This document shows, one piece after another, positions 1 through 10,538 of a stretch of DNA of 59,156 bases. The notes beneath the pieces are model-generated. The model worked only from the letters and a program-made list of their open reading frames with translations. It was not told where the DNA came from and ran no database searches. Source of the DNA: a virus (taxonomy: Duplodnaviria > Caudoviricetes); IMG/VR virus record IMGVR_UViG_3300042559_001610, positions 1 to 59,156 of that record; one strand, 5' to 3'. Position numbers and translations under genes: made by a program. Position 1 is the first letter of the stretch; each line of letters opens with the position of its first letter.

Positions 1-3000
1 CAGATGTTCCACTAGATCCTGAAGTTCCTGAAGATCCTGAAGATCCTGAGGTTCCAGAAGAACCGGAAGTTCCTGAAGATCCTGAAGATCCAGAAGAACC
101 TGATGTACCTGAAGAACCTGAAGTTCCACTAGCTCCTGATGATCCACTTGTTCCTGAAGATCCAGATGTTCCTGATGAACCACTAGATCCTGAGAAACCT
201 GAGCTTCCAGATGTTCCTGAGCTTCCAGATGAACCACTTGTTCCACTAGATCCTGATGAACCACTAGTTCCTGAAGAACCAGATGTTCCACTAGATCCTG
301 AAGTTCCTGAAGTTCCTGAAGTTCCTGAGGTTCCAGAAGAACCTGATGTACCTGAAGAACCTGAAGTTCCACTAGCTCCTGATGATCCACTTGTTCCTGA
401 AGATCCAGATGTTCCTGACGAACCACTAGATCCTGAGAAACCTGAGCTTCCAGATGTTCCTGAGCTTCCAGATGAACCACTTGTTCCACTAGATCCTGAT
501 GAACCACTTGTTCCACTAGATCCTGAAGATCCTGAAGTTCCTGAAGATCCTGAAGATCCTGAAGAACCAGATGTTCCACTAGATCCTGATGAACCACTAG
601 TTCCTGAAGAACCAGATGTTCCTGAGGTTCCTGAAGATCCAGAAGAACCTGATGTACCTGAAGAACCTGAAGTTCCACTAGCTCCTGATGATCCACTTGT
701 TCCTGAAGATCCAGATGTTCCTGAAGAACCACTAGTTCCTGAAGAACCAGATGTTCCACTAGATCCTGATGAACCACTAGTTCCTGAAGAACCAGATGTT
801 CCACTAGATCCTGAAGTTCCAGAAGAGCCAGATGTTCCAGAAGTTCCAGAAGAGCCAGATGTTCCTGACGAACCACTAGATCCTGAATTTCCACTAGATC
901 CTGAAGATCCAGATGTTCCAGATGAGCCTGATGTTCCTGATGAACCAGAGGATCCAGAAGTTCCTGATAATCCTGAGGTTCCTGATGTCCCGCTTGATCC
1001 TGATGTCCCCGCGATTGCACCAACTGAGGTTAAGATAAATGAGTAGTATGAATTACCTTCAGTGTAATAAACAACCGACATTGAACTAGATTCGTTACTA
1101 TTAAGATATAGTCTAATAATCATTCGGTTGGTAGGATCGATCGATGTTGTTGGTAATACAATATCCATATTGACCTCAACTGGAATTACTGAAGTAACCC
1201 AACCGATTAGAGAAACGTTTGAGGTTATTGTTGGACCAATAGGAGTTCCTGCTGAATCTGCTAATTGTATTTCAACATAAGCATCAATATCATCATTACT
1301 TGCCTGTTTTAAATAGTGTAAATGAAATCTTTGTACACCACTTGGAATTACACTAAATCCTAATTGAGATGTAATATAATCAGAAACCAATACGTTTTGT
1401 TGATTACTAGTTAAATTGGTTGTTACTGTTTGTTGAGCAGCTCCAGATGGTGTAGTAGAAGCTACTTTATAACCTGAAACATCTGAATTTTGACTTTCGT
1501 TAAGGTAGTATACTTGTCCGGCTGAAATACCATTCTGTCCAGTAGCTCCGGTAGCTCCAGTAGCCCCAGAAGTTCCAGATGATCCAGATGATCCTGATGA
1601 ACCAGATGTTCCAGAAGATCCTGATGAACCTGATGTTCCTGAAGAACCACTTGTTCCAGATGATCCGGAGGTTCCTGATGAACCACTAGATCCTGATGCT
1701 CCTGATGTTCCTGAAGAACCTGATGTTCCTGAAGAACCACTTGTTCCAGATGAACCAGAAGTTCCAGAAGTTCCAGAAGAGCCAGAAGAACCTGATGTTC
1801 CTGAAGAACCTGATGTTCCTGAAGAACCACTTGTTCCACTAGCTCCTGATGAACCACTAGATCCTGATGAACCAGAAGAACCTGATGTTCCTGAAGAACC
1901 ACTTGTTCCACTAGCTCCTGATGAACCACTAGATCCTGATGAACCAGAAGAACCTGATGAACCAGAAGATCCACTTGTTCCAGAAGATCCTGAAGTTCCA
2001 CTAGATCCTGATGCTCCTGAAGAACCACTAGATCCTGATGCTCCTGAAGAACCAGATGTTCCAGAAGATCCACTAGATCCTGAAGCCCCACTAGATCCTG
2101 ATGAACCACTAGTTCCAGATGTTCCTGAAGAACCACTTGATCCACTTGTTCCTGAAGAACCAGAGGTTCCTGAAGATCCTGAAGTTCCAGAAGATCCTGA
2201 AGATCCACTAGTTCCTGATGAACCTGATGTTCCAGATGTTCCAGATGAGCCTGAAGTTCCACTTGATCCGTCTGCTCCTTGAGCTCCCCCTAGATTCACA
2301 TCCCACGAAGGGAATGTTCCGGATCCAAAGATTGATGTAATGTCTCCAACCAGTGCACCTGTTCCGGAGTTATAACTGGTAACAGTTCCCTCCATTCTAT
2401 TAGTAGGTGAGTTTGCAATTACCAGTGATTGTCCTGTAGTATAAGATAACCCTGTTCCTACAGTTAAGCTTTGAGCTCCTGTTGCTATTGTTAAGCTTGT
2501 AACTGAGGTTGTTGCATATCTGTCTCCCGATAGACCAGAAGTTCCTGAAGAACCACTTGTTCCTGAAGAACCGGACGATCCAGAAGTTCCGGAAGAACCG
2601 GATGTTCCTGAAGTTCCAGATGAGCCTGATGTTCCAGAAGAACCAGATGTTCCGGACGATCCAGAAGTTCCGGAAGAACCAGAAGTTCCTGAAGAGCCAC
2701 TAGCTCCCGATGATCCTGAAGAACCAGAGGTTCCTGAAGAGCCACTAACTCCTGATGATCCTGAAGAACCAGAGGTTCCTGAAGAGCCACTAACTCCTGA
2801 TGATCCTGAAGAACCAGAGGTTCCTGAAGAACCAGAGGTTCCTGAAGAGCCACTAGCTCCTGATGATCCTGATGATCCTGAAGAACCAGAGGTTCCTGAA
2901 GAGCCACTAGCTCCCGATGATCCTGATGATCCTGAAGTTCCACTTGTTCCTGAAGTTCCAGATGAACCTGATGAACCAGCATCTCCTGATGTTCCTGAAG

Positions 3001-3045
3001 AACCAGAAGTTCCTGAAGAACCTGACGAACCAGCAGTTCCTCCTG
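1..3045. repeat. 9-bp-period coding repeats (Gly-X-Y) with longer internal duplications
   Basis: Units such as cctgaagaa/ccagatgtt/ccactagat; the block starting at 91 recurs at 334 and partly at 640. Confidence 0.9.
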
Positions 3046-3889
3046 TGATAGTTACAGTAACAAAGTCCCCGTCTGCAGATACAGATTGAACTCCTGCTCC
3101 CGTAAATAAAATTCCGGTTGCTCCGGGGGAAGCTAATCCGGTAGGACCATATATTCCAACAGGAGATCCTGTTCCCCCACCTCCACCAGTAATATTGTCG
3201 GTGATGTAGAGAGTATCTAAGTTGTAGATTGCTTCTTGTGCTCCGTCCTGAAATTCATATCCTAGATCTGCTGAGATCTGCCAAGAAAATAATTTATTAG
3301 GTGTCGGCTCAGAAATTGGATTTTGAACGTCTCCTCCTAGTGGGGTAGTTCCTGAAGCCAATTCTGTCCCAGGCTCATCCCAGGTTAAAAAAAAGTCTAT
3401 GGTCTGTAAAGAAGGATCTGAATTTACAACTTCTGTAATTCTATATTTATGAAATCCTCCAGGGATAGGAAGACCAGTATTATTGTTTACTGAAGAAGTT
3501 AAAATAATAAATCCGGAGGTAATATCCGAAACAGTACTTTGACCGGTAATATCTAAATATTCTGCTCCAGTAACTATGTAATTTCCAGGGGTCTCGAGAA
3601 TTTGAAATGTTGCTGTCCCGGTAGCTCCTGAAATCTCAGAAACTGTAATTTCCCCAAGAAGGGAATCTAGAGATTGAATGTATGCAGTTCCTCCAAATCC
3701 GGTTGAACCTGATATTAGCTGAACTATTTGACCTTCCCTTATGTAGTTAAATTCTCCACTCCCGGTAGGAACCCCTGTTATAACATTACTTCCTATTGAT
3801 AAATCCCCATAGGTAGAAGGAGCCCCCGAGATAGGAACGACAGTTCCATACTCGTAGATTGTTATTCCTCCTGTTATAATGTTTGACAT
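1..3889 (-). CDS. Large tail-fibre/collagen-like virion protein with (Gly-Ser/Thr-Ser)n blocks; 3' end runs off the window
   Basis: Absent from the ORF track because there is no stop in the window. ATG at 3889 (MSNIITGGITIYEYG...), frame consistent down to position 2. Three GSS/GTS triplet blocks (~3040-2535, ~2280-1540, ~1010-1) are separated by globular segments (DRYATTSVTSLTIATG...; ISAGQVYYLNES...). Confidence 0.85.
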   Translation of the reverse strand, partial: MSNIITGGITIYEYGTVVPISGAPSTYGDLSIGSNVITGVPTGSGEFNYIREGQIVQLISGSTGFGGTAYIQSLDSLLGEITVSEISGATGTATFQILETPGNYIVTGAEYLDITGQSTVSDITSGFIILTSSVNNNTGLPIPGGFHKYRITEVVNSDPSLQTIDFFLTWDEPGTELASGTTPLGGDVQNPISEPTPNKLFSWQISADLGYEFQDGAQEAIYNLDTLYITDNITGGGGGTGSPVGIYGPTGLASPGATGILFTGAGVQSVSADGDFVTVTITGGTAGSSGSSGTSGSSGTSGDAGSSGSSGTSGTSGTSGSSGSSGASGSSGTSGSSGSSGSSGASGSSGTSGSSGTSGSSGSSGVSGSSGTSGSSGSSGVSGSSGTSGSSGSSGASGSSGTSGSSGTSGSSGTSGSSGTSGSSGTSGTSGSSGTSGSSGSSGTSGSSGTSGLSGDRYATTSVTSLTIATGAQSLTVGTGLSYTTGQSLVIANSPTNRMEGTVTSYNSGTGALVGDITSIFGSGTFPSWDVNLGGAQGADGSSGTSGSSGTSGTSGSSGTSGSSGSSGTSGSSGTSGSSGTSGSSGSSGTSGTSGSSGSSGASGSSGSSGTSGSSGASGSSGSSGASGSSGTSGSSGTSGSSGSSGSSGSSGSSGSSGASGTSGSSGTSGSSGSSGSSGSSGASGTSGSSGTSGSSGTSGSSGSSGTSGTSGSSGTSGSSGTSGSSGTSGASGSSGSSGTSGSSGTSGSSGTSGSSGSSGTSGSSGSSGSSGTSGATGATGATGQNGISAGQVYYLNESQNSDVSGYKVASTTPSGAAQQTVTTNLTSNQQNVLVSDYITSQLGFSVIPSGVQRFHLHYLKQASNDDIDAYVEIQLADSAGTPIGPTITSNVSLIGWVTSVIPVEVNMDIVLPTTSIDPTNRMIIRLYLNSNESSSMSVVYYTEGNSYYSFILTSVGAIAGTSGSSGTSGTSGLSGTSGSSGSSGTSGSSGTSGSSGSSGNSGSSGSSGTSGSSGTSGTSGSSGTSGSSGTSGSSGTSGSSGSSGTSGSSGTSGSSGTSGSSGTSGSSGASGTSGSSGTSGSSGSSGTSGTSGSSGTSGSSGSSGTSGSSGSSGSSGTSGSSGSSGTSGSSGSSGTSGSSGSSGTSGSSGFSGSSGSSGTSGSSGTSGSSGASGTSGSSGTSGSSGTSGTSGTSGTSGSSGTSGSSGTSGSSGSSGTSGSSGSSGTSGSSGFSGSSGSSGTSGSSGTSGSSGASGTSGSSGTSGSSGSSGSSGTSGSSGTSGSSGSSGTSGSSGTS

Positions 3890-3961
3890 CTGTGAATTTT
3901 TCTCTTTTTTTAATTAAGTTCTTAGAGTATTTATCCTCCAAGTAAATTTGATCTTCTAGGA

Positions 3962-4903
3962 TTAGAAGTCGAATCTGATAAGGGTATTTAGAGAAGAACT
4001 TAAGTTCTGAACACTAAATACATTCGGACTTCCTGTCAAAGTCATAGAAGCAGCAACAATTGCTCCGGAAGAAACTAGTTGTGCTCTAATTATTGGAAAA
4101 TAACTATTTAAAATAGTAGTATTTAAACCTGCTCCATTTGTAGAACTTTGAGGAAGAGTTAAAGCATAAGAAGGACCTGATCTAGCCCCGGTAGAAACCA
4201 GCATTGAAAGTAGCTGGCAGTCTGCCCCAGACGGAGCACCCACTGTGCATCCGGTTGAAGATACAGAAGAGGTTTTAAATGCTTTGCTATATGCCCCATC
4301 AGATCCGCTGAAAGCTCCGGAATTTGCAACAGTAACTGTGAAATTCGAAGCAGTTACTGCAGTTACGATAGCATAAACATTATCCACGTTACAATTTCTA
4401 ACGATTACATAATCACCTACAATTAATCCACCTGGATCAGTTGTAATTGTGAGACTTGTTCCTGATCTTGTCCATGCTAGACTGTAGTAAACTGTAGAAC
4501 TAGAAACCGCCCATATTTGAGAATCTGTTAAGTTGTCATACATTTGATATCTAGAAACCGAGTTGTAGGATTGTCCAGAACCAACTACTCCAGTTGCTCC
4601 TCTTTCTCCTGCTGCTCCAGTTGCACCGGCAGATCCGGTTGCTCCAGCTGGTCCAGCAGATCCAGTTGCACCAGGTGATCCAGCTGGTCCAGCTGGCCCA
4701 GTTCCAGCAGGTCCTACAGGTCCAGTTGGTCCTGCATTTCCACCAGGAGCAAAATATGGTAAATCGTTCCAAGGATCGATACCATTTCCAAATTTAGCCT
4801 GATTGGTGTCTGTTTCGTATCCCATTTCCGCCAGCAACAAAACCGGATTGTTTATTTCCCAGTTTGCTGAGGTGTCTCTTCTCATTTGAATTCTAAAAGC
4901 CAT
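3962..4903 (-). CDS. Tail fibre protein: Mtd_N/hyaluronidase-type N-terminal domain plus short collagen repeat
   Basis: IQMRRDTSANW..NPVL...EMGYETDT...KFGNG..PWNDLPY motif followed by GPTGPVGPAG repeats. Confidence 0.8.
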   Translation of the reverse strand: MAFRIQMRRDTSANWEINNPVLLLAEMGYETDTNQAKFGNGIDPWNDLPYFAPGGNAGPTGPVGPAGTGPAGPAGSPGATGSAGPAGATGSAGATGAAGERGATGVVGSGQSYNSVSRYQMYDNLTDSQIWAVSSSTVYYSLAWTRSGTSLTITTDPGGLIVGDYVIVRNCNVDNVYAIVTAVTASNFTVTVANSGAFSGSDGAYSKAFKTSSVSSTGCTVGAPSGADCQLLSMLVSTGARSGPSYALTLPQSSTNGAGLNTTILNSYFPIIRAQLVSSGAIVAASMTLTGSPNVFSVQNLSSSLNTLIRFDF

Positions 4904-4923
4904 TTACTTGTTGTATTTTTTGA

Positions 4924-5109
4924 TTATGCCGGACCTGTAGCTCCGCCAAGGCAGATAAAGTAGGGAAGAGAATTCCAAGCTGTAACTCCATCCCCGATTT
5001 TTAAACAATTGCTTGTTAAATCTAGAGCAAGTTCTGCTTCTAAAAGAACAGGATTTGTTGCTGCCCAGTTAACAGCTGTGTCTCTTCTAATTTGTATTCT
5101 AAAGGCCAT
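4924..5109 (-). CDS. Stand-alone Mtd_N-like domain (short paralog of the adjacent fibre N-terminus)
   Basis: MAFRIQIRRDTAVNWAATNPVLL...KIGDGVTAWNSLPY is near-identical in motif to 3962..4903. Confidence 0.7.
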   Translation of the reverse strand: MAFRIQIRRDTAVNWAATNPVLLEAELALDLTSNCLKIGDGVTAWNSLPYFICLGGATGPA

Positions 5110-5191
5110 CCGATATCTTATTATTTTCTTTGTATATATCCACCAAAGTAAATAATAAGTAAAGGGTTATATCGAATAATATGAATTAAAA

Positions 5192-6091
5192 TTATTTCTG
5201 ATACACAGAAAATGATCTAATAATCATTGTGCTTTCGTCCGGGTTCTCAGGATAATCTTGATGCAGACCGTGGTTAAAAATAACAAACATCTGATCCTTC
5301 TCCCCGTTAAAATACTGAAGAATTTTTGGATTTGTGCACTCCAGGATTAAACCTCCGTCGTAGTAGATTCTGATAAAATCTTTTTCCCAATGACAAACAT
5401 ACTGAACAAATCTCTCTGTGCACTTTGCAACAGGAACGTCGTATGATCTGTAGTTGTCTTGGTTTGCATAGTAGATGTTCGGCTGAATTTTTCTGCCTGG
5501 TTTCTTTCTCCACTTTTCAAACAGAGTGTAGCCTTCGTATTTCGGTCCAATGTAGGAATACCCTTCTAAAATGTCAATTTCAGGTGGCCAAGAATTTTGA
5601 CCTGCCATCCAAAATGCAGGCCAGTAGCTTTGACCTTCTGGAAGTTTAATCCAAGCTTCGAACCAGCCATACTGCCAGGATTTTTTAGTGGAGACAAACC
5701 CAACCCCAACTGGAATTGTAAACTCGTCTGGCATTGCTGGGGTTCTTCTCCATTCAGGAAGATCTGATTTCTTCCAAGTCTTGGGAGATTTTTTAAGATC
5801 TAGAAGTAGACCTTCAGGTGAACAACGGCTTAGGGTTCCGTCGGTGTCGTAGTATTGATGAAGATGGGAAGGGTGGAAATCCCCCCATGGCATTCCATAT
5901 CTCCAATCTTCTACATATAATTTCTTTTGGAATTTTTCGGATAGCACAGGAGAATACCCTGCAGGAACAGAGACTTTTCTTTCTTCCCCGTTATAATTCT
6001 TAGCCCTCTTCTCAGCAGACCAAAGGGTTTTAAGATTTTTAATTACCTCCTTGAAGGGATGTTTTTTGAAGTGAATCCATCTGATATCCAT
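5192..6091 (-). CDS. Glycoside hydrolase family 16
   Basis: YGWFEAWIKLP, WPAFWM and catalytic EIDILE motifs. Confidence 0.85.
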   Translation of the reverse strand: MDIRWIHFKKHPFKEVIKNLKTLWSAEKRAKNYNGEERKVSVPAGYSPVLSEKFQKKLYVEDWRYGMPWGDFHPSHLHQYYDTDGTLSRCSPEGLLLDLKKSPKTWKKSDLPEWRRTPAMPDEFTIPVGVGFVSTKKSWQYGWFEAWIKLPEGQSYWPAFWMAGQNSWPPEIDILEGYSYIGPKYEGYTLFEKWRKKPGRKIQPNIYYANQDNYRSYDVPVAKCTERFVQYVCHWEKDFIRIYYDGGLILECTNPKILQYFNGEKDQMFVIFNHGLHQDYPENPDESTMIIRSFSVYQK

Positions 6092-6128
6092 AATACAGTT
6101 TTATTTACTGTATTTATCAATTGATTTT

Positions 6129-6377
6129 TTAATCGTTAGATTTCCTGCTTATCTTTACTATTATCCCAGCAGGTCCGGATGAAATTTCATAGGTGTTGTA
6201 TCTGTTATCATTAATCCAACCAAGGTCTCTAAATTTAAAAATAATAACATCTTGATTCTCATACCAACCGTGAATTGCATTGGTTGCATAGTCAATGTGA
6301 AGACTACTCACATATTGCATTTTATAGGCAGCTCTGAATTCTTCTACTAATTCTTCCGGTGAAATAACAATTAACAT
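6129..6377 (-). CDS. Hypothetical protein
   Basis: ORF track; consistent strand and packing. Confidence 0.6.
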   Translation of the reverse strand: MLIVISPEELVEEFRAAYKMQYVSSLHIDYATNAIHGWYENQDVIIFKFRDLGWINDNRYNTYEISSGPAGIIVKISRKSND

Positions 6378-6574
6378 TTATCGATTTAGGATCATTTTTT
6401 TCTGGATGGAATTTTATTTATCAATGCTATTAAAACGTCTCCTAGTATTACTAGACTTACCATGAACAATGCTCCTAAGAACATGGTTAAAAAGGGATGA
6501 CTTCCCATTACTTCAAATGCTTCTTTCATTTATGTTCTATTTATTCTTATTGAAAAGTTTCCGATTATTAATTT

Positions 6575-7099
6575 TTAAGTGTGCATCTTTTTACCTATCA
6601 AACCACATAGAAATTCAGTAACCAATTCAGCTTCAGGGTTTCTCCAACCGTGACTTAGATAAACATCTGCTTTTTTGTGATAGTGATAGTAGTTTAGATC
6701 CAGATGTTTTTGAGCAGCTTTAGCTGTTAAAAATGAATTTGTAAAGAAAGGTTCTAGAGAATATGAACACTCCTTTAAATCAGGACAATTCTCTTCGATC
6801 CAATCAGGAAGTCCAAAATCTTTGTCATCATTCCAAAGATTGGTTAGCTCAGTTTCGTCGTGCTCAATTCCCTTAGACTCCAAATAGCTTTTAAGATCTT
6901 CTAGAGATTCAATTTCCTCTTCATAGTCTCCTATCCAAATTCGGGTATCCCCATTTAGAGACCAATCATAAACCATTCTCCAATCTCTGATTTGAAATAT
7001 GTGAGGCATTCTGGTTGCTCTCGGATCCTGAGTTGTCATCTCTTTTGCAAGCTGAATAAGCTTTTCATACATTTCCTCTGATACTGTTATTGTCTTCAT
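6575..7099 (-). CDS. Hypothetical phage protein
   Basis: 174 aa ORF, tightly packed. Confidence 0.7.
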   Translation of the reverse strand: MKTITVSEEMYEKLIQLAKEMTTQDPRATRMPHIFQIRDWRMVYDWSLNGDTRIWIGDYEEEIESLEDLKSYLESKGIEHDETELTNLWNDDKDFGLPDWIEENCPDLKECSYSLEPFFTNSFLTAKAAQKHLDLNYYHYHKKADVYLSHGWRNPEAELVTEFLCGLIGKKMHT

Positions 7100-7100
7100 T

Positions 7101-7562
7101 TTATAAATCTTTTTTCATCGGTCTTCCCGAAGAATCAAAAGAACCCACCAGGTTCTCATATTGCTTGAACATTCTTTCCAGAACTTCTTTGCCAACTTTT
7201 TTCTCTCTAGATTCGTCTCTTTCTAAAGCTTCATTTAAAGAGATGTCAAAGATCTGAAACTCTACAGAAGCATAAGGTTGAACCAATTTAGCGAAGTGTT
7301 CAATGTACTTCTTTTTCAAGTTTGTGTTGTCAATAACGACATTTATCCCTTTTGCCAAAGCGTCTAAGATCACGGAGTCTTGGATTGTGTTAATTAGACT
7401 TTCGATCTTGGGTTCACAGATCGGTTGATCTTTCAACATGAATCTAAAATCATCTCTGCTAACTCTAACCCAGTCAGGATTTGTTCTAACAAAGTCTAAC
7501 GACCAGGTGGATTTGCCCGAAGCCGGCACACCTATCAAGATGAGAACTTTCAAATTTTCCAT
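7101..7562 (-). CDS. Polynucleotide kinase, kinase domain only (T4 PseT N-terminal-like)
   Basis: GVPASGKST Walker A, VSRDDFR, VVIDNTN, R-D-SR lid. Confidence 0.85.
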   Translation of the reverse strand: MENLKVLILIGVPASGKSTWSLDFVRTNPDWVRVSRDDFRFMLKDQPICEPKIESLINTIQDSVILDALAKGINVVIDNTNLKKKYIEHFAKLVQPYASVEFQIFDISLNEALERDESREKKVGKEVLERMFKQYENLVGSFDSSGRPMKKDL

Positions 7563-7593
7563 TTTATAAATATACGGTTCTCTTATTAATAAC

Positions 7594-8627
7594 TTAATTT
7601 TTAAATATTGCTGTGAAATGAACGACCGAATACTTGGACCCTTCTATCCTAACAATTTTAGAGCCGACCATCATCTCTCCGTTGCTCTGAACCGTTGCAA
7701 TATCTTCTACAACTCTAGAGAGATGCCTTAATTTGTCTAATGGAAAAGAAGGATCTTCGAAAACCGAATGATCTGAAACTATGCATTCTCCAACATCAAA
7801 TAGCTGGTCAACTACAAAATTTGCAATTCTAGTTGTTCTTCCTGATCTTCTGGGGTTTATTTCGTACATATTCTTTAATAAAATATACGACTACAAAGGG
7901 ATTATTTCTATTTTTCTTTAGACTTATTTTCCTTTAAAGCCCACTTCGTAAATATTAATCTTGTCAATTGAATTATTGTCCAGGAAATCCAAATACTCAA
8001 AGTGACCCTGGTAGCTGTCTGGAAATTTAGGGTCGTAAGGATACCATCCTAATCTTTTACCGTCACTGCCATAGTACTCATCGATCATACTTAGGAGGGA
8101 TTCCCAATTGTCAGAAGAAGCTATTGGACAGTGATTTTGCTCGTGATAAGCTACGTAAACCCAGTTCATATTATTCATTCTTGTGTAAATTTTTGTTCTA
8201 CTTCGATTATTTGCGGTGCCATGTATAAGTGCATCAGGATCCCTGCTTTATCCGAGTCCAAACCTATCAACCAATCTTTACCCAGACCCTTGATGTCCTC
8301 CTTATTGATTAAGAAATCGTGAATGTACTGGCTTTGTCTAATCAGTTCTTGTTTTTGTTCTTCTGTTTCTACTATTATTTTCATGGTTTAATTAGATAAA
8401 GGTGGTGAGATTGATATTCTATATTTCAAAGATCTATCGTTAACATCTATAATACCAAAAGTAACTGATTTATCCTCGGGATTAATTAGAGTTCCTATTA
8501 TATCGTAACCGTCCATTTTACCAAGCACTTGTTCAACTTCATTGACTAAATCCATAGGAATTTTAGTTTCAACCTCAGATTTTTCAAATGTCTCCGGGTG
8601 GTAATAATCTCCTTTGTATGTTTTCAT
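7594..8627 (-). CDS. Four small hypothetical proteins (7594-7869, 7924-8178, 8175-8384, 8388-8627)
   Basis: Contiguous minus-strand ORFs. Confidence 0.6.
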
Positions 8628-8631
8628 ATTT

Positions 8632-9942
8632 TTAATTTGATAATGGGGCTTTGATTGTCGGATGGGACTTATAATTTTCTAGAATTACATCATTGGTTGA
8701 ACTGCAGAAAATACCATCTCTGACATGAACCGTTGGTAACTCAAATGGCTCTCTAGTTCTTCTTGGAATGCACCATTGATCAATTTCGGAATGAGATAAT
8801 GTTGAGCTATCCCCTGCTGTATAGATTTGACTAAACATTTCTGGGCTAACCAGATCCCTTCTTTCTTCCAGGGTCAATTCCCTTCCAATCTGTTCTTTTG
8901 CTTGTTCAAGGTGGTTAAGGTAAAGGTGGGTGTCACCCAAATTACCAATTAATTCATCAGGAACCATATTCACCTCGTCTGCAATCATCATTAGGAGTAG
9001 CCCATAAGAAGCTATGTTGAAGGGAAGTCCCAAAAAGGTATCTATGCTGCGCATATTAAACATTAAAGAGATTGCTCTGGTTGGAATATTCCATCCATTC
9101 AAATCTTCATGTTCAAAATTTTCAATATGTCCTTTTGGTTCCCACCCAGCTTTAAGTCCTAATTGTATTCTTTCAAGTCGATTCAACTCTCTTGTATAAA
9201 CTTGAAATCCATAATGACATGGAGGGAGCAACATCTGCGAAATTTCAGATACGTTCCAGCTATTAACCATTAGACGTCTTGAGTCTGGGTTTGTTTTAAG
9301 GTCGTTGATTAGGTTTGCGATTTGGTCTATTGGTTGATTTTTGTCTCTTTCTTTTATTAATCTACTAGCTTCCTCATGAAGATATTCGTCTGTAATTCCA
9401 TTACCAACTTCAATAAGAGTATCTATAACAGTCTCTAATGATATAGAGTCTATTTTAGGTATAGACCAACTTCTCCACTGCTTACCATAAATTGGGCCTA
9501 GTTCTCCAAATCTTTTAGAAAACTCATCATCTGTTTTGATTTTGTTGATGAATTCTTCTTGTGATAAAGGTGCCCATTGTAACCCGCCATCAACCAACTT
9601 CAACCATTTGTTAGACTGTTCTTCAGTTAAGTTACAACTACCATCTGATTCTTCCCACCATTTGGTATAAAACTTATAGCAGTCTCCGTCCCAAATATGA
9701 CAGTTATTTTCCAAAAGGTACCTTAGATCGGTTCTGCCCTGGAGGAACCACAGAAGCTCTGCTACTACCGAATTCCAGTGAATTTTTTTGGTGGTAATTA
9801 AGGGGAACCCTCCAGACATTTTATGACGAATTTGTCTACCAAATACTGAAATGGTTCCAGTTCCTGTGCGGTCTCCTTTTTGTACACCATTATCAAGAAT
9901 GTCTTGTAATAGGTCTGTGTATGATTTATCTAGGTTGTTCAT
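8632..9942 (-). CDS. thyA: Thymidylate synthase with large insertions
   Basis: DRTGTGT, ELLWFL, GPIYGKQWR, DSRR, LPPCH, RSIDTFLGLPFNIASY, DTHLYLNH. Confidence 0.95.
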   Translation of the reverse strand: MNNLDKSYTDLLQDILDNGVQKGDRTGTGTISVFGRQIRHKMSGGFPLITTKKIHWNSVVAELLWFLQGRTDLRYLLENNCHIWDGDCYKFYTKWWEESDGSCNLTEEQSNKWLKLVDGGLQWAPLSQEEFINKIKTDDEFSKRFGELGPIYGKQWRSWSIPKIDSISLETVIDTLIEVGNGITDEYLHEEASRLIKERDKNQPIDQIANLINDLKTNPDSRRLMVNSWNVSEISQMLLPPCHYGFQVYTRELNRLERIQLGLKAGWEPKGHIENFEHEDLNGWNIPTRAISLMFNMRSIDTFLGLPFNIASYGLLLMMIADEVNMVPDELIGNLGDTHLYLNHLEQAKEQIGRELTLEERRDLVSPEMFSQIYTAGDSSTLSHSEIDQWCIPRRTREPFELPTVHVRDGIFCSSTNDVILENYKSHPTIKAPLSN

Positions 9943-10159
9943 TTGTTAAATTTTTTACTTGTATCACATCGATGATGGATTTCAGGTGATTTGCCATTCT
10001 CTGATTAGGTTTACATCTTTCTACTGACGAGATGTATTTGTGGAAAAAATATTTCAAGCTATCAACATCAGATAATTCAGCTCCTGGTAATGAGACTTCA
10101 ACTTCTATATTGTCAAAAACATATTCTTTTTGGTAGGGTAGTTTGTTTAATTTACTCAT
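9926..10159 (-). CDS. Hypothetical protein
   Basis: ORF overlapping the thyA start. Confidence 0.6.
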   Translation of the reverse strand: MSKLNKLPYQKEYVFDNIEVEVSLPGAELSDVDSLKYFFHKYISSVERCKPNQRMANHLKSIIDVIQVKNLTNEQPR

Positions 10160-10538
10160 AACTTTCTATTGTTTTATCGTTGTATGTTATTGTGATTAGT
10201 TTGGTTGGAATGTTCCTTGTTGTTAATTTAGCATCAATAAAATTATCAAATGGCGGTTCATAATTATTTTTAACCCCACCAGTATATTCTTTACAGTATA
10301 AATCAATTCTTTCATCCCTACTCAACTCTCGTTCTTCAATCTTTAATCCCCACTTTTCGGAGAATGTTTTATCGTAAGTACATAAATCAACAAACATTTC
10401 TTTGTTGGGTTTTCGGTAGGTTGATTTACCATCCAATCGTTTAACTAAAAGACACATCCCAATAGAATTATCCTTTTCATATTCCTTTGAATAATTCTCA
10501 TAAGCATCATTCAATAATTCTTGTTGTTCTTTATTCAT
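10152..10538 (-). CDS. MNKEQQELL family paralog (ThyA-insertion-like)
   Basis: Conserved ends MNKEQQELL..AYENY / WGLKIEERELS / NIPTKLITITYNDKTIESYE. Confidence 0.8.
   Translation of the reverse strand: MNKEQQELLNDAYENYSKEYEKDNSIGMCLLVKRLDGKSTYRKPNKEMFVDLCTYDKTFSEKWGLKIEERELSRDERIDLYCKEYTGGVKNNYEPPFDNFIDAKLTTRNIPTKLITITYNDKTIESYE

Noticed and set aside
1462-2982. Track ORFs 1462-2262, 2491-2982 and 2509-2703 (LQEHQVL-rich)
   Set aside because: Alternate-frame shadows of the Gly-Ser-Ser repeats in the real 3889-to-1 gene.
1-3045. Possible CRISPR or satellite array
   Set aside because: 9-nt coding periodicity with no unique spacers.
3962-5109. Diversity-generating retroelement (Mtd_N-like duplicate)
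   Set aside because: No reverse transcriptase in the window and the differences are not adenine-specific.
8632-9942. Intron or intein in the long thyA
   Set aside because: The frame is continuous and the extra length is several short in-frame insertions without intein terminal motifs.
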